62,661 bases of DNA from Anaerolineales bacterium. GTDB taxonomy: Bacteria > Chloroflexota > Anaerolineae > JAAEKA01. Each line of letters starts with the position of its first letter. The first letter of the stretch is position 1. The notes under the pieces were generated by a model. That model did no database searches. It was not told where the DNA came from and saw nothing but the letters and a program-made list of their open reading frames with translations. Shown here piece by piece: positions 8,913-18,195 of the stretch. The DNA lies in NCBI GenBank assembly GCA_034432445.1, contig DAOUBX010000094.1:1-62661 (forward strand). Direction: 5' to 3'. The translations under genes were made by a program, and so were the position numbers.

Positions 8913-9437
8913 ATGCACGTTCGCGACCTTCGCCGTGCGCGGTTCACTGCGCTTTTGGCAGCCTTGCTAGCCCTACTCCTGGTGGCGGCAGCCTGCACCC
9001 AGGCGCCGGCTGCTCCGGTTAGCCAGTCGGGGCTGAGCGCCCAAAACGTCTGGGCTAGGGCGGCTAAGATGATGGGCAGCATGCCCATGGAGGGCGACAC
9101 CCAGCAAATGCAACACGGCGGCGCCAACAGCGCCGTCTACATGGTGCTGGCCAACAAGGGCGCAGCAGCCGATCGCCTGGTCGCTGCGCAGGCTGATGTG
9201 GCTAAGAGCGTCGAGATCCACGAAACCAAAATGGAAGGGGACATGATGCGCATGCAGCCGGTCGAAGGCGGCATCGAAGTCCCAGCCGGCGGCCAGGTCG
9301 AGCTCAAGCCCGGCGGCTACCACGTCATGCTGATCGGTCTGACGCGCGACCTCAACCCCGGCGACAAGTTCCCCGTAACCTTGCAGTTCGCCAGCGGCGC
9401 CACACTGCAAGTAGAGGCTGAGGTGCGCCAGCCCTGA
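8913..9437 (+). CDS. Copper chaperone PCu(A)C lipoprotein
   Basis: Lipobox-like LVAAAC; HETKMEGDMMRM...GGYHVML copper motif; SD AAGGAG. Confidence 0.9.
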   Translation: MHVRDLRRARFTALLAALLALLLVAAACTQAPAAPVSQSGLSAQNVWARAAKMMGSMPMEGDTQQMQHGGANSAVYMVLANKGAAADRLVAAQADVAKSVEIHETKMEGDMMRMQPVEGGIEVPAGGQVELKPGGYHVMLIGLTRDLNPGDKFPVTLQFASGATLQVEAEVRQP

Positions 9438-9440
9438 GGC

Positions 9441-9468
9441 TTGACATCTCGTTCCAACGCGCTATACT
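9441..9468 (+). promoter_or_regulatory. Sigma70 promoter
   Basis: TTGACA-N16-TATACT. Confidence 0.6.
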
Positions 9469-9538
9469 CGTTTCAACCGTTTGATTGTGCGGGCGGCCTT
9501 GCCAGGCCGCTCGCCTCTTTTATCCCGGCCAACTCGCG

Positions 9539-10378
9539 ATGAAGCTTGCTGTACTCGCTGATATACACGCCAACCTGCCTGCGCTGCACGCCGTGCTGGA
9601 GAGCATCGACGCCTGGGGCCCTGACATGGTCGTCGTAGCCGGCGACATCGTCAACCGCGGCCCGCGACCGGCCGAGTGTCTGCGCATCATCCAGGAGCGG
9701 CAGCAGCAGGCCGGCTGGCTCACAGTGGTGGGCAACCACGAGGAGTACGTGCTGCACCAAGCCAGTCCCCAGGCTGCCCGCAGCGGCCCGCAATTCCACA
9801 TCTTCCAAAGCTCTTACTGGACTTATAGACAGCTCAACGGCGATCTATCGGCGCTGGAGGCGATGCCCTTCCAGCAAAGCCTGACCGCCCCCGACGGCAG
9901 CGAAGTGCGCATCGCCCACGCCTCGATGCGCGGCACGCGCGACGGCATCTTCCCTGAGACGCCTGATGACGTGCTACGGCTGCAGGTGGGCCGGCCCTAC
10001 ACGCCGCTCTTCGTCGTTGGGCACACCCACTGGCCGCTGATTCGGCACCTGGACGGCACGCTGGTGGTCAACGCGGGCGCGGTAGGCATGCCTTTCGACG
10101 GCGACCCGCGCGCCAGCTATGCTCAGTTGACGTGGCGGCAGGGTCAGTGGCATGCTGAGATCATCAGACTCGACTACGACCGCCGCCAAACCGAGCAGGA
10201 TTATGTGAACACCGGCTTCTTGGAACACGGCGGCGCGCTAGCGCGCTTGATGCTTGTGGAGCTGCAAAAAGCGCGGTCGCAGCTCTACCAATGGGCGCTG
10301 ACCTACGAAGCGCCGGTGCTGGCCGGCCAGCTAACCATCGAGGAAGCGGTGGATCGTTTTCTTGCCAACTGCGCCTGA
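9539..10378 (+). CDS. Metallophosphoesterase (YfcE-like)
   Basis: ADIHAN, AGDIV, VGNHE, IAHAS, VGHTH, NAGAVG. Confidence 0.88.
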   Translation: MKLAVLADIHANLPALHAVLESIDAWGPDMVVVAGDIVNRGPRPAECLRIIQERQQQAGWLTVVGNHEEYVLHQASPQAARSGPQFHIFQSSYWTYRQLNGDLSALEAMPFQQSLTAPDGSEVRIAHASMRGTRDGIFPETPDDVLRLQVGRPYTPLFVVGHTHWPLIRHLDGTLVVNAGAVGMPFDGDPRASYAQLTWRQGQWHAEIIRLDYDRRQTEQDYVNTGFLEHGGALARLMLVELQKARSQLYQWALTYEAPVLAGQLTIEEAVDRFLANCA

Positions 10379-10434
10379 AACGGCTGCGCTTCCCCTGACG
10401 CCCTACAGCCTCCCTTGTGGCGAAGAGACTCCCG

Positions 10435-10821
10435 ATGGACGACGACGCTCCCCACCTAGCTCCGTACAGCCGCCACATCTTCATCTGCACAGGCGAATAC
10501 AGCGAACACTGTGATCCTGAACAGCAGGCCCGCCGCCTGGAGATCTATCTCAACAAACACCTCGGCGCGCTGGGAGACTACCTGAACCCTCAACGGGTCA
10601 AAGTCAGCCTGGCGCCCTGTCTGGGAGTGTGCATGCAAGGGCCGATTCTGGTGGTCTATCCTGAGGGCGTCTGGTATCATCACGTAGACGAAGCGCTGAT
10701 CGACCGCATTGTGGCAGAGCATCTGCGCGGCCAACAGCCGGTGGTCAGCCACGTCTTCCACGTCCTAGACCGCACGAGTGGACCGAAATCGCTGGACAAC
10801 GGTGGACAAGAGGCGGCCTAG
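10435..10821 (+). CDS. Thioredoxin-like [2Fe-2S] ferredoxin
   Basis: [13 protein letters not shown]...[21 protein letters not shown]. Confidence 0.88.
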   Translation: MDDDAPHLAPYSRHIFICTGEYSEHCDPEQQARRLEIYLNKHLGALGDYLNPQRVKVSLAPCLGVCMQGPILVVYPEGVWYHHVDEALIDRIVAEHLRGQQPVVSHVFHVLDRTSGPKSLDNGGQEAA

Positions 10822-10856
10822 CCCTGGGCATGACCCCGGTATGCGCCCAAACAGAC

Positions 10857-10890
10857 AAAAAAAGCCCCGCACGTGCGCGGGGCTCTTTTG
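10857..10890. terminator. Bidirectional intrinsic terminator
   Basis: A7-AGCCCCGC...GCGGGGCT-CTTTT between convergent genes. Confidence 0.8.
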
Positions 10891-10917
10891 TCAAGACGCT
10901 GGGCAACAGAGCAGCCG

Positions 10918-11622
10918 CTACGCCTCGTTCTCCGGGCGCCGCAAGATACGACGCGCCATCTCGGTGCTGCCCTTGCTGGCCTCTTTGGTCACCGAATAGG
11001 CCACATCAGCGCCGGCGTCGACGATCTCCTTTGTCCCCTCGACGGTGCCGGCAGCCGCGCCCTTTACACCGCCCAGCACTGCGCCCGTCATCGTCGTGGC
11101 GCCGCCGAGCACGCCAAACGCTGCGCCAGCCGTTGCGTCGAAGGCCTCCTGAACAAACTCCTTGGCCGAATCTTTGACCTGCTCAGCGCCTTGGGCCTGG
11201 TCTTCCAGCGCAATGGCAAAGCCTTCGGCCAGGCCGCCGGCCGCCTTGGCGGCGCTGTCCGCCAGGCCCTTAGCGGCATCAACGGCTGCCCCGCCTGTGA
11301 TCTGTGCCGCCAACAACAGGCCGCCGGCTGTGCCCTTGGCCCCGCCAAGCACGGCGCCAGCCGAGCGCGCCAGGCCTTGTACCGCATGGGTCGCAGCCTC
11401 GCCCAGAGCCTTTGCCAGAGGCTGCGTCGCCGATGTCGCTGCTTCCGCCGTTGCCAAAGCCTCGCTGGCCGCCATCTCAGCGGTGCTGCTCACCGTGGAC
11501 CGCGCGCCCTGCACGGTCATGTCGGTCAATTCCTTGGCTTTGCGCAGTCGTTCGACCATGACACCTTGTGGGCCGGTTGCTGCCTCGCCCTGGCCGGGGG
11601 TGGTAGTATCTTGTTCGCTCAT
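10918..11622 (-). CDS. Ala/Gly/Thr-rich amphipathic helical hypothetical protein
   Basis: SD-led ORF with its own promoter and a shared terminator; low-complexity helical repeats. Confidence 0.65.
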   Translation of the reverse strand: MSEQDTTTPGQGEAATGPQGVMVERLRKAKELTDMTVQGARSTVSSTAEMAASEALATAEAATSATQPLAKALGEAATHAVQGLARSAGAVLGGAKGTAGGLLLAAQITGGAAVDAAKGLADSAAKAAGGLAEGFAIALEDQAQGAEQVKDSAKEFVQEAFDATAGAAFGVLGGATTMTGAVLGGVKGAAAGTVEGTKEIVDAGADVAYSVTKEASKGSTEMARRILRRPENEA

Positions 11623-11779
11623 CAGATTACCTCCATGGGAGTAAATACACAGTCAAGCGATCCTGGCGCGGATCTGGTTGACCAAAGGAGCCGGCACAAC
11701 AGAGCTTATGGCCATGCCCTTACGCCAGACAACAACAGCCAGCGCCAATCCGTCTCTTTAGCGGTTTATGACGCACTGC

Positions 11780-11808
11780 ATTATAACCGATTGCTGCCCA
11801 ATTGCCAA
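11780..11808 (-). promoter_or_regulatory. Sigma70 promoter
   Basis: TTGGCA-N17-TATAAT on the minus strand. Confidence 0.65.
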
Positions 11809-11846
11809 GGTCGTGCGCGCCAGGAGGTTGCGCATGCGATTAGTCG

Positions 11847-12848
11847 TCAAGCTTCCTTGGCCACGCTCCTCAGCACCGTGCGTAACGCCACCTTGAACAG
11901 CACAGTGCGCGCGGGCTGCGGAGAGACTTCCCAACGCACCAGGCGGATCTGGCCATCAGCGATCTCGATGCCGGTGATGGACTTGTCGGCGTAGCAGCAG
12001 CAACCGCAGTTGAAATAGCATGGCTTTTTGCCCGGCAAGGTAGCGGCTCCACGCTTCTGCTCTTGCAGCCAAGCCGAGTCAATGGGCGGCGGAGCACCTC
12101 TGCGTCGCTGCTCTTCCACAGCTTGCTCCAGGCCAAGGCCCTCCCACACCGGATGGTGGGTGTGGCCGGCAATCAAGACCATGCCCGGCCGGCCAGCCGC
12201 GTAGGTGTACATCGCCATCTCGTGCGTCTGCCGCAATTCGAAGTCGTTACTGGGCGTGTTCGGCTGGATGTTGAACAGGCGCTGGATAGGACGCCAAAAA
12301 TAGCGCACCACCAGCGCCGAAATCGGCCCAAAGCGATCTGAGTCCAGCGTGCCCTGATGGCCATGAACCAGGAACAGCTCGCCCAACATCTCTCCCTGGT
12401 CATAAACTGCAATGCGCATGCCCTCATACACCGGTTGGTCGGCCAACCAAGGGACTAGATGCTTCTCTACTTGAGCGGAGTCGTACCACAGGTCGTCGTG
12501 GTTGCCGACGAAGCGGCGATAGCGCGTCGGGGTTGGCGCTGCTGCGAACTCCCGCTCCTTCGTCAGCACCTCGACATAGGCGCGGATCACCGGCGCAGGC
12601 CGGTTCTCCCACAGCTCCTCGGCATCGCCCAACAGCAGGAGCTCGAAATCATGTTGCCAGTAATAAGCCAAGGCCGCCAGGTAAGTCTGCTCGCACTGCC
12701 AAAAGTCATCGGCGCCATCGCGTTGGCCCTTGTGCAGGTCAGAGAAGACGATCAGCCGCAGCGCGTCGAGCTCACGTCCCTCCTGTGCGTCGGTATCGGC
12801 GTGAACCTGATCAAGGCGCCGGGCCACGGTTTCGTAATAGCCGGTCAT
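11847..12848 (-). CDS. Metallophosphoesterase (calcineurin-like)
   Basis: FSDLH, LLGDAEE, VGNHD, VHGHQ, AGHTH, FNCG. Confidence 0.85.
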   Translation of the reverse strand: MTGYYETVARRLDQVHADTDAQEGRELDALRLIVFSDLHKGQRDGADDFWQCEQTYLAALAYYWQHDFELLLLGDAEELWENRPAPVIRAYVEVLTKEREFAAAPTPTRYRRFVGNHDDLWYDSAQVEKHLVPWLADQPVYEGMRIAVYDQGEMLGELFLVHGHQGTLDSDRFGPISALVVRYFWRPIQRLFNIQPNTPSNDFELRQTHEMAMYTYAAGRPGMVLIAGHTHHPVWEGLGLEQAVEEQRRRGAPPPIDSAWLQEQKRGAATLPGKKPCYFNCGCCCYADKSITGIEIADGQIRLVRWEVSPQPARTVLFKVALRTVLRSVAKEA

Positions 12849-12933
12849 GGGAGTTCGCTCCTCGCCTAGCTTGCAACGGTGCTCTCGTCCCGCCGTTGCA
12901 GGTGAGCAGTGCCCTGGCAGGGCCGAGCAGCAG

Positions 12934-14046
12934 CTAATCGCCGTCAGCAGAGGCGGCTGTCACACCGAGCACCCGTCCGCGCTCATCCATTTGCAAAGTC
13001 CAGCGGCTGCCTGGCGTAAACTGCTGGAATTGCTGCAGGTTGGGTACCGCAAAGCGTATAGGGCCGTTGGCGGTCTGAAAGGTGACGATGTACTCTTCCT
13101 GACGACCGGACTCGCGCACCTGGTCGCCAACGGGCCGCTCGGGCCACGCGGGGCTGAGCCCGCTGCCCTCCAGTACTAGAGGGGCTGCGGTCTGCCAGCC
13201 CATCACCGTGTAGGAACAATAGTTCTCGAAGACCTGATATTGGCAATCCTGCACCACCTCCCCCACACCTGTGCCGGTGTCCACCACGTAAGGGGTGCCG
13301 CACACCTCGACGCTGTTGGGAACCGGTGCGTCGAACGTGCGGTAGACGCGCTGCTGGCAGGCGCCGACAGTGGCGCCGCTGGGAATGTCGGGCTGCCAGC
13401 CCTGTCGCTGCACCGGCAGCAGCGCCTGAACCAGGATGGCGCGCTTCCAGTAGGCGTCGCTCACCTGAGCGGGCACCTGTTGCACCGTTATGCCGCCTTG
13501 ATTGCTGCCTCGGTCGCCGCCGGAGAACAGGACAACGGCCAGGCATAGGATCAACACCAGAATGCCGGCCACAGCGACCAAGCCGATGGGGAACGGCCGC
13601 GGCGCCGGTTGCGCCTGTGGCGGCGGTGCGACCGGTTTGGCCAGGGGAGAGCCACACTGCGCGCAGCGCAGGGCAGTGGCCGGATTCTCTGCGCCGCAGA
13701 CAGCGCAGGTCACCGGCGGCGCTTGCTTCGTCGGCAGGGCGCCGACCACCTGGCCGGCCTGGCGCTTAGCGCCGGCCTTCAGCTCAGCGCCGCATTGCCG
13801 ACACTTCGCCGCTGTGGCCGGATTGCGGGTGCCACAGAAACCACAATGGATGTCGGGGCCGGCCTGCGCCTGGGCAATCTTGGCTTCGTCGGTCAGCAGC
13901 TCGGCCTGCACCGGTGGTTCGAAGACGACATCCTGAGGCTGCGCGGCCCCGCAACCGCTGCACTTCACCGCCGTGCCAGGGTTGCGAGCCCCGCAGTTGG
14001 GGCACCGCCACTCCAGCTCGACATAGCCGACTGTCTTCTTGGTCAT
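12934..14046 (-). CDS. Membrane protein with three double-zinc-ribbon units and an extracytoplasmic domain
   Basis: CPNC/CSGC, CGFC/CRQC and CAVC/CAQC pairs, one TM helix, and a Cys-containing C-terminal domain. Confidence 0.75.
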   Translation of the reverse strand: MTKKTVGYVELEWRCPNCGARNPGTAVKCSGCGAAQPQDVVFEPPVQAELLTDEAKIAQAQAGPDIHCGFCGTRNPATAAKCRQCGAELKAGAKRQAGQVVGALPTKQAPPVTCAVCGAENPATALRCAQCGSPLAKPVAPPPQAQPAPRPFPIGLVAVAGILVLILCLAVVLFSGGDRGSNQGGITVQQVPAQVSDAYWKRAILVQALLPVQRQGWQPDIPSGATVGACQQRVYRTFDAPVPNSVEVCGTPYVVDTGTGVGEVVQDCQYQVFENYCSYTVMGWQTAAPLVLEGSGLSPAWPERPVGDQVRESGRQEEYIVTFQTANGPIRFAVPNLQQFQQFTPGSRWTLQMDERGRVLGVTAASADGD

Positions 14047-14108
14047 GCTTTACCTCGGCCGCCCACTGGACATCGACGCAGTCGCAGACCTGTGCCGTCC
14101 ACCAGGCG

Positions 14109-14675
14109 TTACTGCGGCTTGTCGACGATTACCCAGGCGCTCAGCTCGCCATTTTGCTGCACACCGGCGCTGAACCCATGCGCGGACACCATGGCCGCAA
14201 TCTCGTCGACGGCGTAGAAACGACTACCCATCAATGCCGCCTTCTCAGCCCAGGCAATGAGCTTGACACGAAAAAAGGTGATGTCGGGTTCCTCGATCAC
14301 CAGCCGTCCGCCTGGCTTGAGCACACGTAGCAGCTCGCCAACCGCTTGGCGCTGGTCGGCAAAGTGATGCAGCGCATCCACTACCAACACGCGGTCAAAG
14401 TGGCCGCTGGGAAAAGGCAAGCGCTCCACATGCGCCTGTACCGGGCAGGCCACTCCTTTACCCTTGGCCTGCTCCAACATCGGCTCCGACAGATCACTGA
14501 TTACCAGCCGGCCGACCCAAGATCGCAACCCGGATGAGACCCGGCCCGTGCCCCCGCCGGCATCCAACAGCCAGCCGGCGGTGGGCAAGCGCAGCGCTGC
14601 TGCCAGGCGCTCAAGGGCCGGCGACGGGATCACCCGATCATAGAACGGCGCCACTAGGTCGAAGTGCAGGTTCAT
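14109..14675 (-). CDS. Class I SAM-dependent methyltransferase
   Basis: LLDAGGGTG, ERLPF, FDRV, LKPGGRLVI. Start placed at MNLHFD. Confidence 0.88.
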   Translation of the reverse strand: MNLHFDLVAPFYDRVIPSPALERLAAALRLPTAGWLLDAGGGTGRVSSGLRSWVGRLVISDLSEPMLEQAKGKGVACPVQAHVERLPFPSGHFDRVLVVDALHHFADQRQAVGELLRVLKPGGRLVIEEPDITFFRVKLIAWAEKAALMGSRFYAVDEIAAMVSAHGFSAGVQQNGELSAWVIVDKPQ

Positions 14676-14689
14676 GGCCGCTCCACCGC

Positions 14690-15742
14690 CTATTGGCCGG
14701 GAACGATGCGTGGAACCGGCTCCGGGCGAGGCAAGGTCTTCAAATAGCCGAAACCCACCAACTGCCGGTTCTCCTCGTCCCACAAGCGAAATTTAAGCGA
14801 TCGCAGGCTCGTGCGCAGAGTGATCGGTGGAACGTGAAACAACTCGTTCTCCTTGTACGCCTGCTCCAGCTTGTAGTTGGGGATCTTGGGGCTCAGATGG
14901 TGGATGTGGTGAAAGCCGATGTTGCCGGAGAACCATTGCAAGAGCTTGGGCAACTTGTAGAAGGAGCTACCTTTCAAGGCTGCGTCCACAAAGTCCCAGT
15001 CCTCATGCCGCACCCAGTAAACGCCTTCGAACTGGTGCTGCACGTAGAACAACCAGACGCCTGCCGATGTGCCCAGCAGCGCCACTGGGATCAAGATCAG
15101 CAAGAAGTCGCCTAGTCCGATGGTCAGCGCAGCAATCACGAAAACGATCAGCAGCGCCAGGTCCGTGTAGAGGATGCTGAGCAGCTCGCGCTTCGACTTC
15201 TCCTTGATGGGAATGCGTTGGCCCAAGATGAAGCTGAGCCACGCGCCGACCGTGAAGATGATCAGTGGGTTGCGGTAGATGCGGTAAGCAATGCGCTTGC
15301 CCTTGGGCGCTTCCAGGTATTCCTTGACCGTCATCGTCCACACGTCGCCAACATCGCGGCGGTCCAGATCGCCGGCCGTGGCGTGGTGAATGGCGTGGGC
15401 GTGGCGCCAGCGGTAGTAGGGAGTGAAGGTGATCACGCCCGTCATGGCGCCCACCAGGTCGTTGAGCTTGCGCGAGGCGAAAAAAGATTGGTGGCCGCAG
15501 TCGTGAAAGATGATGAACAGGCGCACCATGAAGCCGGCCGCCGGGATGGCCAGCAAGAGGGTCAGCCAGTAGGACACGTCCAGGCTGAAGTACATGAGGG
15601 TAAGCAGGCCGAAGTAGCCTGCTAGCGAGGAGGTCAGCTGCCATAGGCTGCGGCGCATGTCGGGAGTCTGATACTTGGCGACAATCTTGCGCCAGTTCTG
15701 GCGTGGACCGGCGACCTTGGGGCTTGGGGGGGTGGGGGTCAT
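14690..15742 (-). CDS. Membrane fatty acid desaturase (Bacillus Des-like)
   Basis: His boxes HDCGH, HAIHH and HHIHH. Confidence 0.92.
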   Translation of the reverse strand: MTPTPPSPKVAGPRQNWRKIVAKYQTPDMRRSLWQLTSSLAGYFGLLTLMYFSLDVSYWLTLLLAIPAAGFMVRLFIIFHDCGHQSFFASRKLNDLVGAMTGVITFTPYYRWRHAHAIHHATAGDLDRRDVGDVWTMTVKEYLEAPKGKRIAYRIYRNPLIIFTVGAWLSFILGQRIPIKEKSKRELLSILYTDLALLIVFVIAALTIGLGDFLLILIPVALLGTSAGVWLFYVQHQFEGVYWVRHEDWDFVDAALKGSSFYKLPKLLQWFSGNIGFHHIHHLSPKIPNYKLEQAYKENELFHVPPITLRTSLRSLKFRLWDEENRQLVGFGYLKTLPRPEPVPRIVPGQ

Positions 15743-15829
15743 AGGACACTCCTGTGGGGTGAAATTGATAAGACCTCTGCGGCTAAAACAAAACGATCCA
15801 AGGCCCAGCCGGCATTGACTATCATGCCG

Positions 15830-17719
15830 TCAGCCTCTGCGCCCAAACTCGCGCTCGAGTTGATCCGTGCTGAGAACCAGCATCGTCGGCCGGCCATGCG
15901 GACATGAGCCGGGAGTCTGGCAGGCTTCGAGCTGGCGCACCAGTTGGCGCATCTCGTCCAACGACAATACTTGCCCCCCCTTGATCGCGGCCCGCTTGCA
16001 GATCACCGCTACCAGCGCGGCTTCCCTGCTGTCACCCACCAGATCGCGGCCATCGGCGATGCCCTCCAGCGTCTCCTCCAGCGCACGGCGCGGATCAACG
16101 TGCGCGAAGATGGCCGGTATGGCCCGCACCAGCCACGTGTCATGGCCGAACAGCTCTAGGTCGAAGCCGGCTGCCATCAGCGCCTCGGCATACTCTGCCA
16201 GGAGACCGGCGTAGCTGCTGCCGGCCTCAAAAGCCAACGGCTCGAGCAACACCTGCCGGGCCACGCTGCCGCCAGCCTGCTGGCTGCGCATCAGCTCGAA
16301 CAAGATGCGTTCGTGCGCCGCGTGTTGATCCACCAGGTACATGCCCTCCGGCCCTTCGGCCACGATGTAGGTTGCACCCATTTGGCCGACCACGCGCAGC
16401 ATGGGAAAGGCAGGGGTAGTTTGGGTAATTGGTAAATTGGCGTCCGACTCAGCGCGGGCGACGGTCTGTGGCGCATGGTCGGTGGCGTCAGGTTGGGCAG
16501 CGGTTGCAACTGGATCGCTGCGCCACGGTGGCTCCGGCGGCCTGCCAGGATTGGTCATAGCCCACCGGTCCTGGCTGACTGCTAGCTGCTCACGCGGCAG
16601 CGCAAACGACGGCTGCATGGACTGGCCAGCGGCCAGCAGGGCATCGCGCCGCTCGGCCCAGCCCGGCACAGCCCAATTCAGCCCTGCGCTGCGCAGCTCT
16701 GGCACGGGTGCATGCGTTGACAGCATGGCGTGCAGAGCTTTCTGGACGGCGCGAAAGACGGCGCGCTCAGCACGGAAACGCACCTCGGCCTTAGCCGGAT
16801 GGACGTTGACGTCCACTTGCGCCGGGTCGAGCTCGATCATGATCACGGCCACGGGGAAACGGCCGACCATCAGACGATTGCGGTAGGCTTCTGTGATGGC
16901 AAAAACCAGGCTGCGGTCCTGGATGGAGCGGCGGTTGAGAAAGAGCAGAATGTGGTTGCGGTTAGAACGGCTGAGCGTTGGCAGGCCGGCATAGCCATGC
17001 ACGAGCGGCAAGGTAAGGTCGTCCATCGTCTGAGACGCGCCCTCCACGCCGACAGGCGCCATCTGGCGGACGACCTCCAGGCCGAAGACTTTGAGCAGCA
17101 CATCATACAGCCGACCGCTGCCGGTCGACTGAAAAAGCAGCCGACCATCCGAAACCAGGCTGAAGCGACGCTCCGGAAAGGCCATGGCGAAGCGCTGGAC
17201 AACATCGACGATGTGGCTGGCTTCGGTGGCCGGTTGGCGCAAGAATTTCAGCCGCGCCGGCACGTTGTAAAACAGGTGCTCCACCGTCACCGTAGTGCCC
17301 GGCGGTGCGCCTTTGGGCTCCTGTTGGATCAGATGACCGCCTTCGACCCGCAACTGGGTCCCGACCACCTCGGCCACATGGCGCGTCAACAGGGTTACTT
17401 GGGCCACGGAGGCAATAGAGGCGAGCGCTTCGCCACGAAAGCCCAACGTGCGGATGTGCTCTAGGTCGTCGGCGCTGGTCAGCTTGCTGGTAGCATGACG
17501 CTCGAAGGCTAGCGCTGCCTCGGCGGCCGGGATTCCCTGGCCGTTGTCGCTGACGCGCACCAACCGTCGGCCCCCTTCGCGTGTCTCCACGCGTATTTCG
17601 TCCGCGTTAGCATCCAGGCTGTTCTCGACCAGCTCCTTGACAACGGATGCCGGTCGTTCCACAACCTCGCCAGCAGCGATGCGGCTGGCGACCTCGGGGG
17701 GTAAGACGCGAATCGACAT
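15830..17719 (-). CDS. mutL: DNA mismatch repair endonuclease MutL
   Basis: IAAGEVVERP, KELVENSLDA, GFRGEAL, DVNVHPAK, DQHAAHERILFE, ACKRAIK-like ICKRAAIK, CPHGRP. Confidence 0.97.
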   Translation of the reverse strand: MSIRVLPPEVASRIAAGEVVERPASVVKELVENSLDANADEIRVETREGGRRLVRVSDNGQGIPAAEAALAFERHATSKLTSADDLEHIRTLGFRGEALASIASVAQVTLLTRHVAEVVGTQLRVEGGHLIQQEPKGAPPGTTVTVEHLFYNVPARLKFLRQPATEASHIVDVVQRFAMAFPERRFSLVSDGRLLFQSTGSGRLYDVLLKVFGLEVVRQMAPVGVEGASQTMDDLTLPLVHGYAGLPTLSRSNRNHILLFLNRRSIQDRSLVFAITEAYRNRLMVGRFPVAVIMIELDPAQVDVNVHPAKAEVRFRAERAVFRAVQKALHAMLSTHAPVPELRSAGLNWAVPGWAERRDALLAAGQSMQPSFALPREQLAVSQDRWAMTNPGRPPEPPWRSDPVATAAQPDATDHAPQTVARAESDANLPITQTTPAFPMLRVVGQMGATYIVAEGPEGMYLVDQHAAHERILFELMRSQQAGGSVARQVLLEPLAFEAGSSYAGLLAEYAEALMAAGFDLELFGHDTWLVRAIPAIFAHVDPRRALEETLEGIADGRDLVGDSREAALVAVICKRAAIKGGQVLSLDEMRQLVRQLEACQTPGSCPHGRPTMLVLSTDQLEREFGRRG

Positions 17720-17725
17720 ATCATG

Positions 17726-17734
17726 ATTATAGCA
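17726..17734 (-). promoter_or_regulatory. Extended -10 promoter, probably producing leaderless mutL mRNA
   Basis: TGCTATAAT ends 6 nt before ATG17719; no SD. Confidence 0.6.
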
Positions 17735-17869
17735 TAATGCGTGGAATATGGGTAGATTGCGCAATGGCTCCGGCGCACGACAGCCGTAGCGCCACGGTCA
17801 TGCCACCCCATGCTCCAAGCACATCAGCACATAAGTCAAACGCTCTATGACGCATCGCACCATAGAGTT

Positions 17870-17898
17870 TTGCAGAATCCCACCACCTGTTGTAAAAT
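17870..17898 (+). promoter_or_regulatory. Sigma70 promoter for the beta-oxidation operon
   Basis: TTGCAG-N17-TAAAAT. Confidence 0.55.
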
Positions 17899-18195
17899 CG
17901 AGCCGTGACGCGCTGCGGCATAAACAGCAACCTCTAATCGTCTTGGGTGGTGCGCCCTCCGTGAGCGTGCGAGGCACAGGACCGTGCTAAGATCATTGGT
18001 GATCCATCAGTCAAGCACCGTATTTCGCTCCCGACATTGGCCTGCCGAGTGTGGCGGTTGCGCGCCCCCCGGCAGGCCGTTTGCTACCCCCTTCCCCTTT
18101 GTCTGCACCAGGGCATCACGCTCTTCTCGCCCTCTTGCGCCGGCGTGGTTGGTACAACAACGTTGGCGATACTCACTAGCCAAGGAGCATAACCA

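Noticed and set aside
10873-11994. 373-aa plus-strand ORF
   Set aside because: It overlaps two better-supported minus-strand genes that have promoter, SD and terminator.
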